A stretch of DNA of 64,000 nt. It comes from Clostridia bacterium. Lineage in GTDB: Bacteria > Bacillota > Clostridia > Oscillospirales > CAG-272. The stretch is taken from assembly GCA_017456005.1 (NCBI GenBank), contig JAFTLJ010000014.1:17310-81309 (forward strand). Reading direction: 5' to 3'. Shown here one piece after another: positions 16,913 through 25,775 of the stretch (the stretch's first letter is position 1; the number at the start of each line of letters is the position of its first letter). The notes under the pieces are model-generated. The model was not told the DNA's origin. It did not search any database and saw nothing but the letters and a program-made list of their open reading frames with translations. Position numbers and translations under genes: made by a program.

Positions 16913-17264
16913 TACTCTCGCCTTCCGTTTCCGTGGGCATATTTCCGCTGGCAATAGCGCCGTTTGCTTCTTCGAAGAGGCAGTTTATCGCCGTATAATT
17001 TCTGCAAAGTGCATCTTTGGCGGCGGTCAGGTTTACCGTGTCCACTTGCCCCAGGTGCGAGAGCATAGTGAGCTGATTTAAGTTCCTGCCGATGGCTTTC
17101 AGCTCGCGGAGCGTGGGCTTAAGCTCTTCTATCTGGTAAATATTTTTGCCCAGAGCCGCCGCCAGCAGGTATTCACGCTGTGTCATACCCGAGCGCGCTA
17201 CAGCTTTTGAAATTTTGTTTTTCTCGGCCTCGCTTGCCCAAAAAGATATTTTCTTGTCGCGCAA
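16899..17264 (-). CDS. mobC: MobC-family relaxosome accessory protein
   Basis: RHH-like N-terminus and the motif ELKAIGRNLNQLTMLSH, typical of the bacterial mobilisation protein MobC. It lies directly upstream of the relaxase. Confidence 0.8.
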   Translation of the reverse strand: MRDKKISFWASEAEKNKISKAVARSGMTQREYLLAAALGKNIYQIEELKPTLRELKAIGRNLNQLTMLSHLGQVDTVNLTAAKDALCRNYTAINCLFEEANGAIASGNMPTETEGESSGNV

Positions 17265-17446
17265 GCGGCCTTTTGTTTTGCTTTTTTCTGTGTTGTCTAT
17301 AATGTTTCCTCGCTTTCGTAAAGATAAAAATGTGTTGCAATTTTTTGTTGAATTTCAGATAAAAAAGTGGATTTGCTCCTTGGGTGAAGTCTTTCTTTTG
17401 GGGAGCGAAAACAAGTGGGGTAGGGGGCTTCCGCCCCTTTTTAAAG

Positions 17447-17488
17447 GTGTTTGGGCGAAACGCCGCGGCGCGGTGGGAGCCCAAACAC
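17447..17488. promoter_or_regulatory. candidate oriT inverted repeat
   Basis: Perfect 10-bp inverted repeat GTGTTTGGGC...GCCCAAACAC in the non-coding region upstream of mobC. Confidence 0.35.
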
Positions 17489-17651
17489 TCTGCTTGCCCC
17501 GCTTTCGCGGGAGCTTTTTGGTATATCCGAAAAATAAATTTTGAATTTTAACGGCATTATAGGCGGAAAAGGCGTAACATCCGAAACATATATTTTCTCT
17601 CTTCGGCTTTGAAGCATGTGCTTCGCCTGTCACGCCAAAACGCCTTTTTCC

Positions 17652-19439
17652 TTATATACCTGCGATTTTTTCAGCTTTGCCCTTGTATAGAAGCAGAACG
17701 CGTTTCGTCTTACTTCCGAACCTCATAGAGCGTGTGTTTTTGCCCGTGCCGCTGTTTATAAGCCCTTCATCCGAGAGTGCTTTGGCGAGCGCCTTTGAAG
17801 TGATCGCAAAGCCTTCGCCCTGGTCCTCGCAGAATTTTTTTACTGCCTTGTGTGTCGCTTCAAAGAAGAGATAATAATACTCGTCGTCCTCGTAGCCGAG
17901 GCAACCCGAGGGCAGTGTGACACTTCCGCTGCAGGCAGGAACTACGCAAGCCTGACCGCACTCCACCATAGCGATAAATTTGCGAATGAATATGTGGGTA
18001 GGTCTGTCTTGCTCTACCGCTTCGGATTGATGCGCGGCGTGGGCGAGCATAATGGCTTCGTAATTTGCCTTTGCCTTTTCTGCTTCGTTCTGTGCCAGCA
18101 CGCCGCTGTGAAGCAGAAAAGAGAGCAGATGGGAAAAACCGAGCGCAAGGCACGCCAGCGTATCCGGTATACGGTCGTGGAATTTTACGCCGTTTTCGCG
18201 GAGCTTTTCGCGCCAATATGCGCGCGTGTTTTTGTATTCCTCGCCGAGCGCTTCGAGGAAAGCTTCGCTTTGCTCGTCGCTCGAAAGCCTCGTTTCCCTT
18301 AGCCACTCGGTGTAGGCATACATCGTGTGCGTAAGCTTTCCCTTGGAGGCGCGCTCCTGGAGCTCCGTAAGGTAGGGAAGGTCTATTTGTCCGGGCTTCA
18401 TTTCAATGCAGAAAAGGCGCGCTGTGCCGCTTTCACCTATGTCGGGCGCGAACTCCGCCGTTACTATGACGTTGCCCTGAGGAGGTCTTGCTTCACGCAG
18501 AGTAATATCCGGGGTGAGGCGGTTGCGTGCGGCGCGGTCGCCGTATCCTCGCGCCACCGTTTGCATAATAGCCTTCATATTTTCGCTTTCTCTTTTGCCC
18601 GTGGGGTGGTAATCGTCCACGCACGTAAGCACATCTTTGAGCGAGTAGGCGCTGTGAGCGATGCTGTTCGCCGTGTCGCGAAAACTCATAGGCAGGTCGG
18701 TTGCCGAAAAACTGCCGAAGAATGAGGTCATAAGCGCGGCAACGGTGCTTTTCATGCTACCCGTTCTGCCGAGCAAGGTGAGAATGAATTTAGGCTCGTG
18801 CCCCGTTTGCCTCAAAAATTCGTTCAGCGGAGAGAGAAATACCAGCGCAAGGCAGGGAAGTGCGATCTCCCTGGGTATGAGGTCGAGGCAGAGAAACCCG
18901 ATAATCTCTTCAAAGTCGGTATCTTCCGCTATTGGTTCTAAAAAATAGCCGCGCTGTTTCCCTTGGAGCTGTACGTCGAAATCTCCGTTTCCGGGCATAA
19001 GATATTCCCATTTGCCGCCAATCTTTTTCCAGCCTGTGCGAGTGTAGATGAATTTCTTTTCGGCGAACCTCGCCGTACCTTTCATCGCGTGGCGAACGTG
19101 CTTTTCTACCTGCGGTATAATTTCAAGGTCGAGGCAGGCATCGAGGCTGTTGTGAAGCCAATCCATCTTTTCAAGCTCCGTGGCGGCTATTTCCACTGGC
19201 GGAAGCTCGCGCCCGTTTTCATCTGTGCCGCCGATTAGGTATTTGCAGGTTTGCTCCGTGCCGTTGTCGATGGTTAGAACGCTCATAATGCGCGGCGCGA
19301 AATTACAAAGGCGCGTATAGCTTTCTCCGTGTCGCGTGTATGACACCTTGCAAAGGCACCCGTCAACTGCTTCATACGGGCTTGGGTAGATGTTTTCTTC
19401 TGTTTGTTCGCGTGTGAGTTGTCTTGTTTTTTCGTTCAA
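17652..19439 (-). CDS. P-loop NTPase, plasmid/phage replication-type (SF3 helicase / DUF927-like)
   Basis: 595-aa ORF with Walker A GRTGSMKST and a Walker B-like VLTCVDDY. Its context is next to the mobilization genes. The family assignment is tentative. Confidence 0.45.
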   Translation of the reverse strand: MNEKTRQLTREQTEENIYPSPYEAVDGCLCKVSYTRHGESYTRLCNFAPRIMSVLTIDNGTEQTCKYLIGGTDENGRELPPVEIAATELEKMDWLHNSLDACLDLEIIPQVEKHVRHAMKGTARFAEKKFIYTRTGWKKIGGKWEYLMPGNGDFDVQLQGKQRGYFLEPIAEDTDFEEIIGFLCLDLIPREIALPCLALVFLSPLNEFLRQTGHEPKFILTLLGRTGSMKSTVAALMTSFFGSFSATDLPMSFRDTANSIAHSAYSLKDVLTCVDDYHPTGKRESENMKAIMQTVARGYGDRAARNRLTPDITLREARPPQGNVIVTAEFAPDIGESGTARLFCIEMKPGQIDLPYLTELQERASKGKLTHTMYAYTEWLRETRLSSDEQSEAFLEALGEEYKNTRAYWREKLRENGVKFHDRIPDTLACLALGFSHLLSFLLHSGVLAQNEAEKAKANYEAIMLAHAAHQSEAVEQDRPTHIFIRKFIAMVECGQACVVPACSGSVTLPSGCLGYEDDEYYYLFFEATHKAVKKFCEDQGEGFAITSKALAKALSDEGLINSGTGKNTRSMRFGSKTKRVLLLYKGKAEKIAGI

Positions 19440-19502
19440 TTAAAAATTTTCCTTTCTTCGCGGTAGATTTTTCAGTGACCGCGATTATGTAACCGGGCAC
19501 GG

Positions 19503-19588
19503 AAAAACAAAAAAGCCGTTGCATAACGGTACGACGAAACGGAGGTAGCGGCTACCCCTTATTTCGTACTCGCTATGTAACGGCTTTT
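19503..19588 (-). other. long imperfect hairpin followed by a U-run in the 5' leader of the 19439 gene
   Basis: AAAAGCCGTT.CATA..GTACGA... pairs with ...TCGTAC..TATG.AACGGCTTTT. On the minus strand it is followed by TTTTTTGTTTTTCC. Confidence 0.5.
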
Positions 19589-19958
19589 AGCCAAAAAGTG
19601 CTTTCCTAAAAAATAATATTATGTTGTATATGTTTAATCCCATTTGGGAATAATAAAAATGGGAAAATGTGCGTTTTTAGCACTATGTAAATTGTAAGCA
19701 TATTATACCATTTTTGCGGCATTTTTTCAAGAGATTTTTGAAAAAAGCCCTGTTTTCTCTCTTTTTGCCAAAGGAAGCGGGTGTTATGAGCGAAATAAAA
19801 ACAAACATTTGTGCGTTTTAAACATAAATATATTCGGAAAGGCTAAGAAAATACTTGGTTTGGGCATAAAAAAACAGATGGATTTTGAAATGTTTATTTG
19901 AAAATCTTTCTGTTTTGCCTCTTTTGAGCGAAAGATTTTGGAAAGCAGAGGGTAAACC

Positions 19959-19987
19959 TTGACATAATCGACAGTTTGTGCTATACT
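19959..19987 (+). promoter_or_regulatory. strong sigma-A-type promoter of the polysaccharide locus
   Basis: TTGACA-N17-TATACT with TGC extended -10, about 160 nt upstream of the first ORF. Confidence 0.6.
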
Positions 19988-20145
19988 ATAGAAGTAAAAT
20001 AAGGCGAAGTTATGCATTGATTTTGAAAAAATATGCAACTTTGCTCAGTTGCTACGCATAAAAACAGTATTGGTCACTCCAATGATGGAATTGCAAAAAT
20101 ACAATTCGGTATTCGGGGAGATGACGGGCGGAGGAGGTAAATTAA

Positions 20146-20736
20146 GTGAACAATTTGCTTATACTCGGCGCGGGTCAGTTTGGCCTGATGGTAAAAGAAA
20201 TAGCCGAGAGTATGAATTGCTTCGATAAAATAGATTTTTTAGACGATAAAAATGAGCTTGCCGTCGGCAAACTCTGAGATTATGCGAATTTTTCGCGCGA
20301 ATACCGCTATGCGGTGGTGGCAATCGGTAACCCGGAGATACGCCTCTCATACATTCAAAAGCTTGAGGAGGCTTGCTTTATTGTGGCAGTTATCGCAAGC
20401 CCGAGGGCGTATATTGCACCTTCTGCACAGATAATGAAAGGCTCTATAATCGAGCCTATGGCGGTTGTACAGGCAAACTCCGTTGTGGCAATAGGCTCGA
20501 TAATCTCGTCGGGGGCGGTGGTTCGCCATAACGCCTTCGTCGGCGACGTGTGCCACGTAGACTGCAACGCCGTAGTAATATCGGGCGGCATGGTGAGAGC
20601 AAAAACAAAGGTCGAGGCTTGCACTGTGTATAGGGATTACCCTGCGGAAGCAAAAAAGACGATTACGGTAACAATCCCGTCGGGCGGTCTCGAATCGGTA
20701 GACGGGCTTGAATATAAATTTGAAGACGGAATGTGA
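20146..20736 (+). pseudogene. NeuD/PglD-type sugar N-acetyltransferase interrupted by an in-frame TGA
   Basis: GTG start after GGAGG. The N-terminus LILGAGQFG is Rossmann-like. An in-frame TGA lies at 20275-20277. The hexapeptide-repeat part continues in the same frame to 20736. Confidence 0.7.
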
Positions 20737-20747
20737 GGTTTCTTCCT

Positions 20748-21383
20748 ATGTACAAACATTTTTTCAAAAGATTTATTGACATTGTTTTGTCGTTCATTGG
20801 CGGAATCGTGCTTTTGCCCGTGTTCCTTATCATCGCTATAGCGATAGTGATAGACGACCCCGGCCCCGTATTCTTCAGACAGAAGCGCGTGGGCAAAAAC
20901 AAAAAGCTTTTCTGGCTCCACAAGTTCAGAAGCATGAAGGTTAAAACACCCGATATTCCCACTCACTTGCTCGAAAATCCTGAACAGTACATAACGCGCG
21001 TTGGTAAATTCCTGCGCAAAACCAGCCTTGACGAGCTTCCCCAGGTTTATGACATTTTGTTCGGCAAAATGTCAATCATCGGTCCCCGTCCCGCACTTTG
21101 GAACCAGGATGACCTTATCGCAGAGCGCGACAAATACGGCGCGAACGATATAAAACCGGGTCTTACTGGTTGGGCGCAGATAAACGGCAGAGACGAGCTT
21201 GAAATTCCCGTTAAGGCAAAGCTTGACGGCGAATACGTTGAAAAAATGAGCTTCGGCTTCGACTGTAAATGCTTCTTCGGCACTATCACGAGCGTGCTTA
21301 AGCACGACGGTGTTGTTGAAGGCGGTACGGGAGAAATGAAGCGCGAAGCGGAAGAGAAAGAAAAAGAGGCAGCCGGAAAATGA
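20748..21383 (+). CDS. initiating phosphoglycosyl transferase (small bacterial sugar transferase, PglC/WbaP-C type)
   Basis: One N-terminal membrane helix, plus motifs PGPVFFRQKRVG, DELPQ and IIGPRP. Confidence 0.9.
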   Translation: MYKHFFKRFIDIVLSFIGGIVLLPVFLIIAIAIVIDDPGPVFFRQKRVGKNKKLFWLHKFRSMKVKTPDIPTHLLENPEQYITRVGKFLRKTSLDELPQVYDILFGKMSIIGPRPALWNQDDLIAERDKYGANDIKPGLTGWAQINGRDELEIPVKAKLDGEYVEKMSFGFDCKCFFGTITSVLKHDGVVEGGTGEMKREAEEKEKEAAGK

Positions 21384-22255
21384 AAAAGATTCTGATTACA
21401 GGCGCAAATAGCTACATAGGGGTTTCGTTTGAAAACTATATGAAGCAGTGGGCTGACGAATACTCCGTTGACACTGTCGATATGATAGACGGCACGTGGC
21501 GAGATAAGGACTTCGGCGGCTATGACGCGGTATTCCATGTTGCGGGAATAGCGCACTCCGATAACGGAAAGATAAGCGCGGAAAAAGAGAAGCTTTACTA
21601 CGCCGTAAATACGGATCTTACGGTAGAAACAGCGAAAAAGGCAAAGGCTGACGGCGCAAAGCAGTTCATTTTTATGAGTTCCGCTATCGTTTACGGAGAG
21701 AGTGCGCCTATCGGCAAAACGAAAGTAATCACAAAAGACACACCCACGTCCCCTGCGAATTGCTACGGTGACAGCAAGGTTCAGGCTGAGAAGGGAATAC
21801 TTCCTTTGAATGATGATAATTTCAAGGTTGTGGTTCTCCGTCCTCCTATGATATACGGCAAGGGAAGCAAGGGTAATTACCCGACACTTGCTAAAATGGC
21901 GCTGAAAATGCCTGTTTTTCCCTATGTGAAAAACGAGCGTTCGATGCTCTATATAGGAAATCTCTGCGAATTTATCAGACTCATGATAGTTAACGGCGAG
22001 CAGGGGATATTTTGGCCACAGAACGGCGAGTACAGCAATACCGCCGAGCTTGTCCGTATGATAGCGGCGGCGCACGGCAAAAAAGTCGGTCTTGTAAAGG
22101 GCTTCGTTTGGGCGCTGAAGGCTATGAGCCCGTTCACGGGGCTTGTGAACAAGGCGTTTGGTAGCTTGAGCTACGATATGAGCTTGAGCGAGTATAAGGA
22201 AAATTACAGAGTGACGACTTTGGAAGAGTCTATAAAAATGACGGAGGCTATATGA
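21380..22255 (+). CDS. NAD-dependent sugar epimerase/dehydratase (SDR)
   Basis: Rossmann motif GANSYIG and catalytic YGDSK. Confidence 0.8.
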   Translation: MKKILITGANSYIGVSFENYMKQWADEYSVDTVDMIDGTWRDKDFGGYDAVFHVAGIAHSDNGKISAEKEKLYYAVNTDLTVETAKKAKADGAKQFIFMSSAIVYGESAPIGKTKVITKDTPTSPANCYGDSKVQAEKGILPLNDDNFKVVVLRPPMIYGKGSKGNYPTLAKMALKMPVFPYVKNERSMLYIGNLCEFIRLMIVNGEQGIFWPQNGEYSNTAELVRMIAAAHGKKVGLVKGFVWALKAMSPFTGLVNKAFGSLSYDMSLSEYKENYRVTTLEESIKMTEAI

Positions 22256-23334
22256 GCAAGATTTTATTTCTGGTCAATCACGATGTCGTAATTTACAATT
22301 TCCGTTTGGAACTGGTCGAAAGACTGCTTGTTGACGGTCATACCGTTGTAATTTCTTCTCCTTACGGTGAAAGAATAGAAGATCTGAAAAAACTTGGTTG
22401 TGAATACAAAGAAATTGAAATATCACGCCATGGAATGAATCCGGTAAAAGAAATGGCGTTGATTTCCGCATACAAGAAATTGCTTAAAGAAGTAAAACCC
22501 GACATTGTTTTTGCATATACCATAAAGCCAAATATTTACGGTGCGATCGCTTGCAGATCAATGAAAATTCCTTGCGTTGCCAATATAACGGGATTGGGTA
22601 CTGCTGTGGAGAGCGGTGGAGTTGTGCAGAAAATAACCGTTTTGCTCTATAAATACGCATTTACACAGATTCAAAAAGTGTATTTTCAGAATACAGAAAA
22701 TATGCAGTTTTTCATAGACCATAAAATAGCAACTGATAAGCACGATCTCTTGCCCGGTTCGGGGGTAAATCTCCAAAGATTCGTTCCGCTGGATTATCCG
22801 TCCGATGAAAAGGTAGAGTTTGCATTTATCTCCCGTATCATGAAGGAAAAAGGCGTGGATCAGTATCTTGAGGCTGCGGAATATATTCGCGAAAAGTACC
22901 CGAACACCGTATTTCACGTTTGCGGATTCTGCGAGCAGGCTTATGAAGAAAAGCTGAGGGACTTGAACGATCGCGGTATTGTTGTATATCATGGTATGGT
23001 CCGCGACATTAAAACAGTTTTGAAGGATATTCATTGTACAATACATCCTACGTATTATCCCGAGGGCATATCAAACGTATTGCTGGAAAGCTCCGCGTGC
23101 GCGCGCCCTATCATAACCACCAACCGTTCCGGTTGCCGCGAGGTTATTGACGATGGTATAAACGGATTTATCGTAAATCAAAAGGATAGCAAGGATCTGA
23201 TCGAGAAAATAGAAAAATTCTTATCGCTTTCTTGGGAGGAACGCAGGAATATGGGTCTTGCGGGAAGAGCAAAGGTGGAGAAGGAATTTGATAGACAGAT
23301 TGTTGTAGAGAAGTATGTGAATGAACTGAATTGA
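22252..23334 (+). CDS. glycosyltransferase, GT4 (GT-B fold)
   Basis: 360-aa ORF. The C-terminal half has the EGISNVLLESSACARPII motif typical of GT4. Confidence 0.8.
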   Translation: MSKILFLVNHDVVIYNFRLELVERLLVDGHTVVISSPYGERIEDLKKLGCEYKEIEISRHGMNPVKEMALISAYKKLLKEVKPDIVFAYTIKPNIYGAIACRSMKIPCVANITGLGTAVESGGVVQKITVLLYKYAFTQIQKVYFQNTENMQFFIDHKIATDKHDLLPGSGVNLQRFVPLDYPSDEKVEFAFISRIMKEKGVDQYLEAAEYIREKYPNTVFHVCGFCEQAYEEKLRDLNDRGIVVYHGMVRDIKTVLKDIHCTIHPTYYPEGISNVLLESSACARPIITTNRSGCREVIDDGINGFIVNQKDSKDLIEKIEKFLSLSWEERRNMGLAGRAKVEKEFDRQIVVEKYVNELN

Positions 23335-23347
23335 GGAGATATAGCAT

Positions 23348-23908
23348 ATGAATAAATATATCAGAACAATGTTTTGTTTGCCTTTTGGTATGTTGAAAAT
23401 GGCATTTACCAAAGTTTTTCATATAAGAACATTTAAAGGATCTTTATACAGTGTAGTATCTCCTTTTACGGAAATATCCCTTGAATATGGGGCTAAATTA
23501 AATATTGGCAGAAAATTCAGAATGCGCGATGGAGCTAAGATAAGAGTTCGTAAAGGTGCTGAATGTAAGATAGGCAAGAATGTTTCAGTTAATAGCAATA
23601 ACATGATTGCGTGTCATGAAAGTATATTTATTGGTGACAACATTCAATTTGGACCGAATGTTCAGATTTATGATCATGACCACGATTTTCGTGCTGAAGG
23701 TGGAGTATCGGCAATGAAATATAAAACAGCCCCTGTTGAAATAGGCAACAATGTGTGGGTCGGTGCAAATGTGGTGATATTACGAGGAACAAAAATTGGT
23801 GATAACTGCGTTGTTGGCGCAGGTGCGGTCATAAAAGGAAATTACCCTGATAACAGTATCATTGTCCAAAAGAGGGTAGAGGATGTTCGCGCAATATCAA
23901 AAAATTGA
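23348..23908 (+). CDS. hexapeptide-repeat O-acetyltransferase
   Basis: LbH repeats (IGNNVWVGANVVILRGTKIGDNCVVGAGAVI). Confidence 0.8.
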   Translation: MNKYIRTMFCLPFGMLKMAFTKVFHIRTFKGSLYSVVSPFTEISLEYGAKLNIGRKFRMRDGAKIRVRKGAECKIGKNVSVNSNNMIACHESIFIGDNIQFGPNVQIYDHDHDFRAEGGVSAMKYKTAPVEIGNNVWVGANVVILRGTKIGDNCVVGAGAVIKGNYPDNSIIVQKRVEDVRAISKN

Positions 23909-23984
23909 TTTTAATTTTCTGTAATCAGAAAATACGATTCAAAAACGTGTTTTGCGTAACTTTTATAAGGAGAAAACAAAGACG

Positions 23985-25157
23985 ATGAGAATTTTTATTT
24001 GCGCAGATATTCATTTTCCGCGAGGTGACGCAGGTGCTAACCGTATTCAATATGTAGCCAAAGCTATTATGGCCGCAGGACAAGATGTAGTGATTATTTC
24101 TTGCGGAAGAAAAGACGGTGAACTTAACAAAGACGGTTTCTTCTATTATGACGGGATAAAATACAAAAATATTACCGTTGGCAATAATAAGATATTAAAA
24201 ATATTAAATAAAAAAATATTCAGCGGAAAATCTGTGCTGAATATCCTTAAACAATTTAATCCGTCTGAAAAAGATATTATTTATATCTACGGCTCAAACA
24301 GTCTTTTTGTATATCCGATAATGAAATATGCAGAAAGAAAAAATATTTGTTCATATATCGAGGTTGTTGAGTGGCATCAGCCGTATCAATATAAGTACGG
24401 CAGTGTGAATCCCGGATATATCTCGTCAAATAAAACTTTTGAATCGTTAGCTCCTCGTATAGGAAATGTATTAGCTATATCTGAGAAAATTGCTGATTAT
24501 TACAAAGAAAAAAAATGTAACGTAGATGTTTTTCCGGTTTTTATAGATACTGATTCTCAATTTATAAATTCTGATTTCCTTGATGAAAAATATGTTCACT
24601 TGGTATATCCCGGTAAGCCCCAAACCAAGGATAATATTGCTACTATGATTAAAGCAATGCTACTTTTGCCCAGAGAGGAACTTGATAGATGTGTTTTCCA
24701 TATAACTGGAACTACTGAATCTGCTATTTGTGAAGCTTTAGGCAATGAGCGTGATCTGCTGGATGCGCTGGGAGAACATATTATTTTCCACGGATGGATG
24801 GAATATGACGAGTTGGTTGATCTTTATCAAAAAATGGATTTTCTATATATGTGCAGATTTAATAACGAAGTATCGCAAGCAAATTTCCCGAGTAAGCTCC
24901 CCGAGCTGATGGCATGGGGCATTGCTCCTATATGCAACAAGGTTGGTGATTACTACCGTTATTTAGAAGACGGCAAGAATGCCTTTATATTTGATAACGA
25001 TTCTGTTGATGATTGTGTTTCGGCGTTAAAACGGGCTTTGAAGCTAAGTGAAGAAGAAAAAATGATAATGAAAAGAAATGCGCGTCAGTGCGCGATAGAC
25101 CATTTCGATTACCGTTCATGGCAAAAGAAATTAACGGATTTTTTGAGGTTGAGTTGA
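23985..25157 (+). CDS. glycosyltransferase, GT4-like
   Basis: The start was moved to the ATG after AAGGAG. GT-B architecture, set in a polysaccharide locus. Confidence 0.7.
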   Translation: MRIFICADIHFPRGDAGANRIQYVAKAIMAAGQDVVIISCGRKDGELNKDGFFYYDGIKYKNITVGNNKILKILNKKIFSGKSVLNILKQFNPSEKDIIYIYGSNSLFVYPIMKYAERKNICSYIEVVEWHQPYQYKYGSVNPGYISSNKTFESLAPRIGNVLAISEKIADYYKEKKCNVDVFPVFIDTDSQFINSDFLDEKYVHLVYPGKPQTKDNIATMIKAMLLLPREELDRCVFHITGTTESAICEALGNERDLLDALGEHIIFHGWMEYDELVDLYQKMDFLYMCRFNNEVSQANFPSKLPELMAWGIAPICNKVGDYYRYLEDGKNAFIFDNDSVDDCVSALKRALKLSEEEKMIMKRNARQCAIDHFDYRSWQKKLTDFLRLS

Positions 25158-25158
25158 A

Positions 25159-25755
25159 ATGAATAAAGTTGTGAAAAGAATACTGAGATACCTATACTAT
25201 TTCCCGTCTACTTTCTGTAATAAAATAAATTACTTTTTCAAGAAAGTTACCGTGGGAAAGGGGCATGAAACAAAGGGATTACTATGCATAAAGAATAATG
25301 GGAAAATACACATTGGTAACAATGTTCGCATAAATTCATCGGGAAAAGCCAATCCAATTGGTTTTGGAGATAAAACATATTTTCAAGTGTTCAAAAATGG
25401 TGAAATTATCATTGCGGATAATGTAAGAATGTCGAATTGTGCGATTACTTCCCAAACCGCTGTTAAGATAGGCGAGTATGCCAGAATTGGTGCGGGGGTG
25501 AAAATTTATGATACGGATTTTCATTCTATTGATCCGTATTTGAGAACTTCGGTTCCTGAAGGTAAACCTGTCAGTAAACCTGTTGAAATCGGCGAATATG
25601 CTTTCATAGGAGCGGGAAGTATCATTTTAAAAGGTGTTTCTATAGGTAAATACAGTGTGATCGGTGCAGGTTCGGTAGTAACTAAAAATGTTCCTGACGG
25701 TGAAATATGGGGAGGAAATCCTGCAAAACGAATAGGAATTATCAATTCTGATTAA
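25159..25755 (+). CDS. hexapeptide-repeat O-acetyltransferase
   Basis: LbH repeats (IGEYAFIGAGSIILKGVSIGKYSVIGAGSVV). Confidence 0.8.
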   Translation: MNKVVKRILRYLYYFPSTFCNKINYFFKKVTVGKGHETKGLLCIKNNGKIHIGNNVRINSSGKANPIGFGDKTYFQVFKNGEIIIADNVRMSNCAITSQTAVKIGEYARIGAGVKIYDTDFHSIDPYLRTSVPEGKPVSKPVEIGEYAFIGAGSIILKGVSIGKYSVIGAGSVVTKNVPDGEIWGGNPAKRIGIINSD

Positions 25756-25775
25756 ATATTATCTAAGAGGATTTT

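Noticed and set aside
19784-20038. 84-aa minus-strand ORF in the AT-rich region upstream of the polysaccharide promoter.
   Set aside because: The translation is Phe/Lys/Ile-rich with no RBS. It overlaps the predicted plus-strand promoter and is probably non-coding.
20275-20277. The in-frame TGA in the NeuD/PglD-like gene as selenocysteine or a recoded codon.
   Set aside because: No SECIS-like hairpin is obvious immediately downstream. Acetyltransferases of this family are not selenoproteins. TGA is used as an ordinary stop throughout the window. It is treated as a nonsense mutation.
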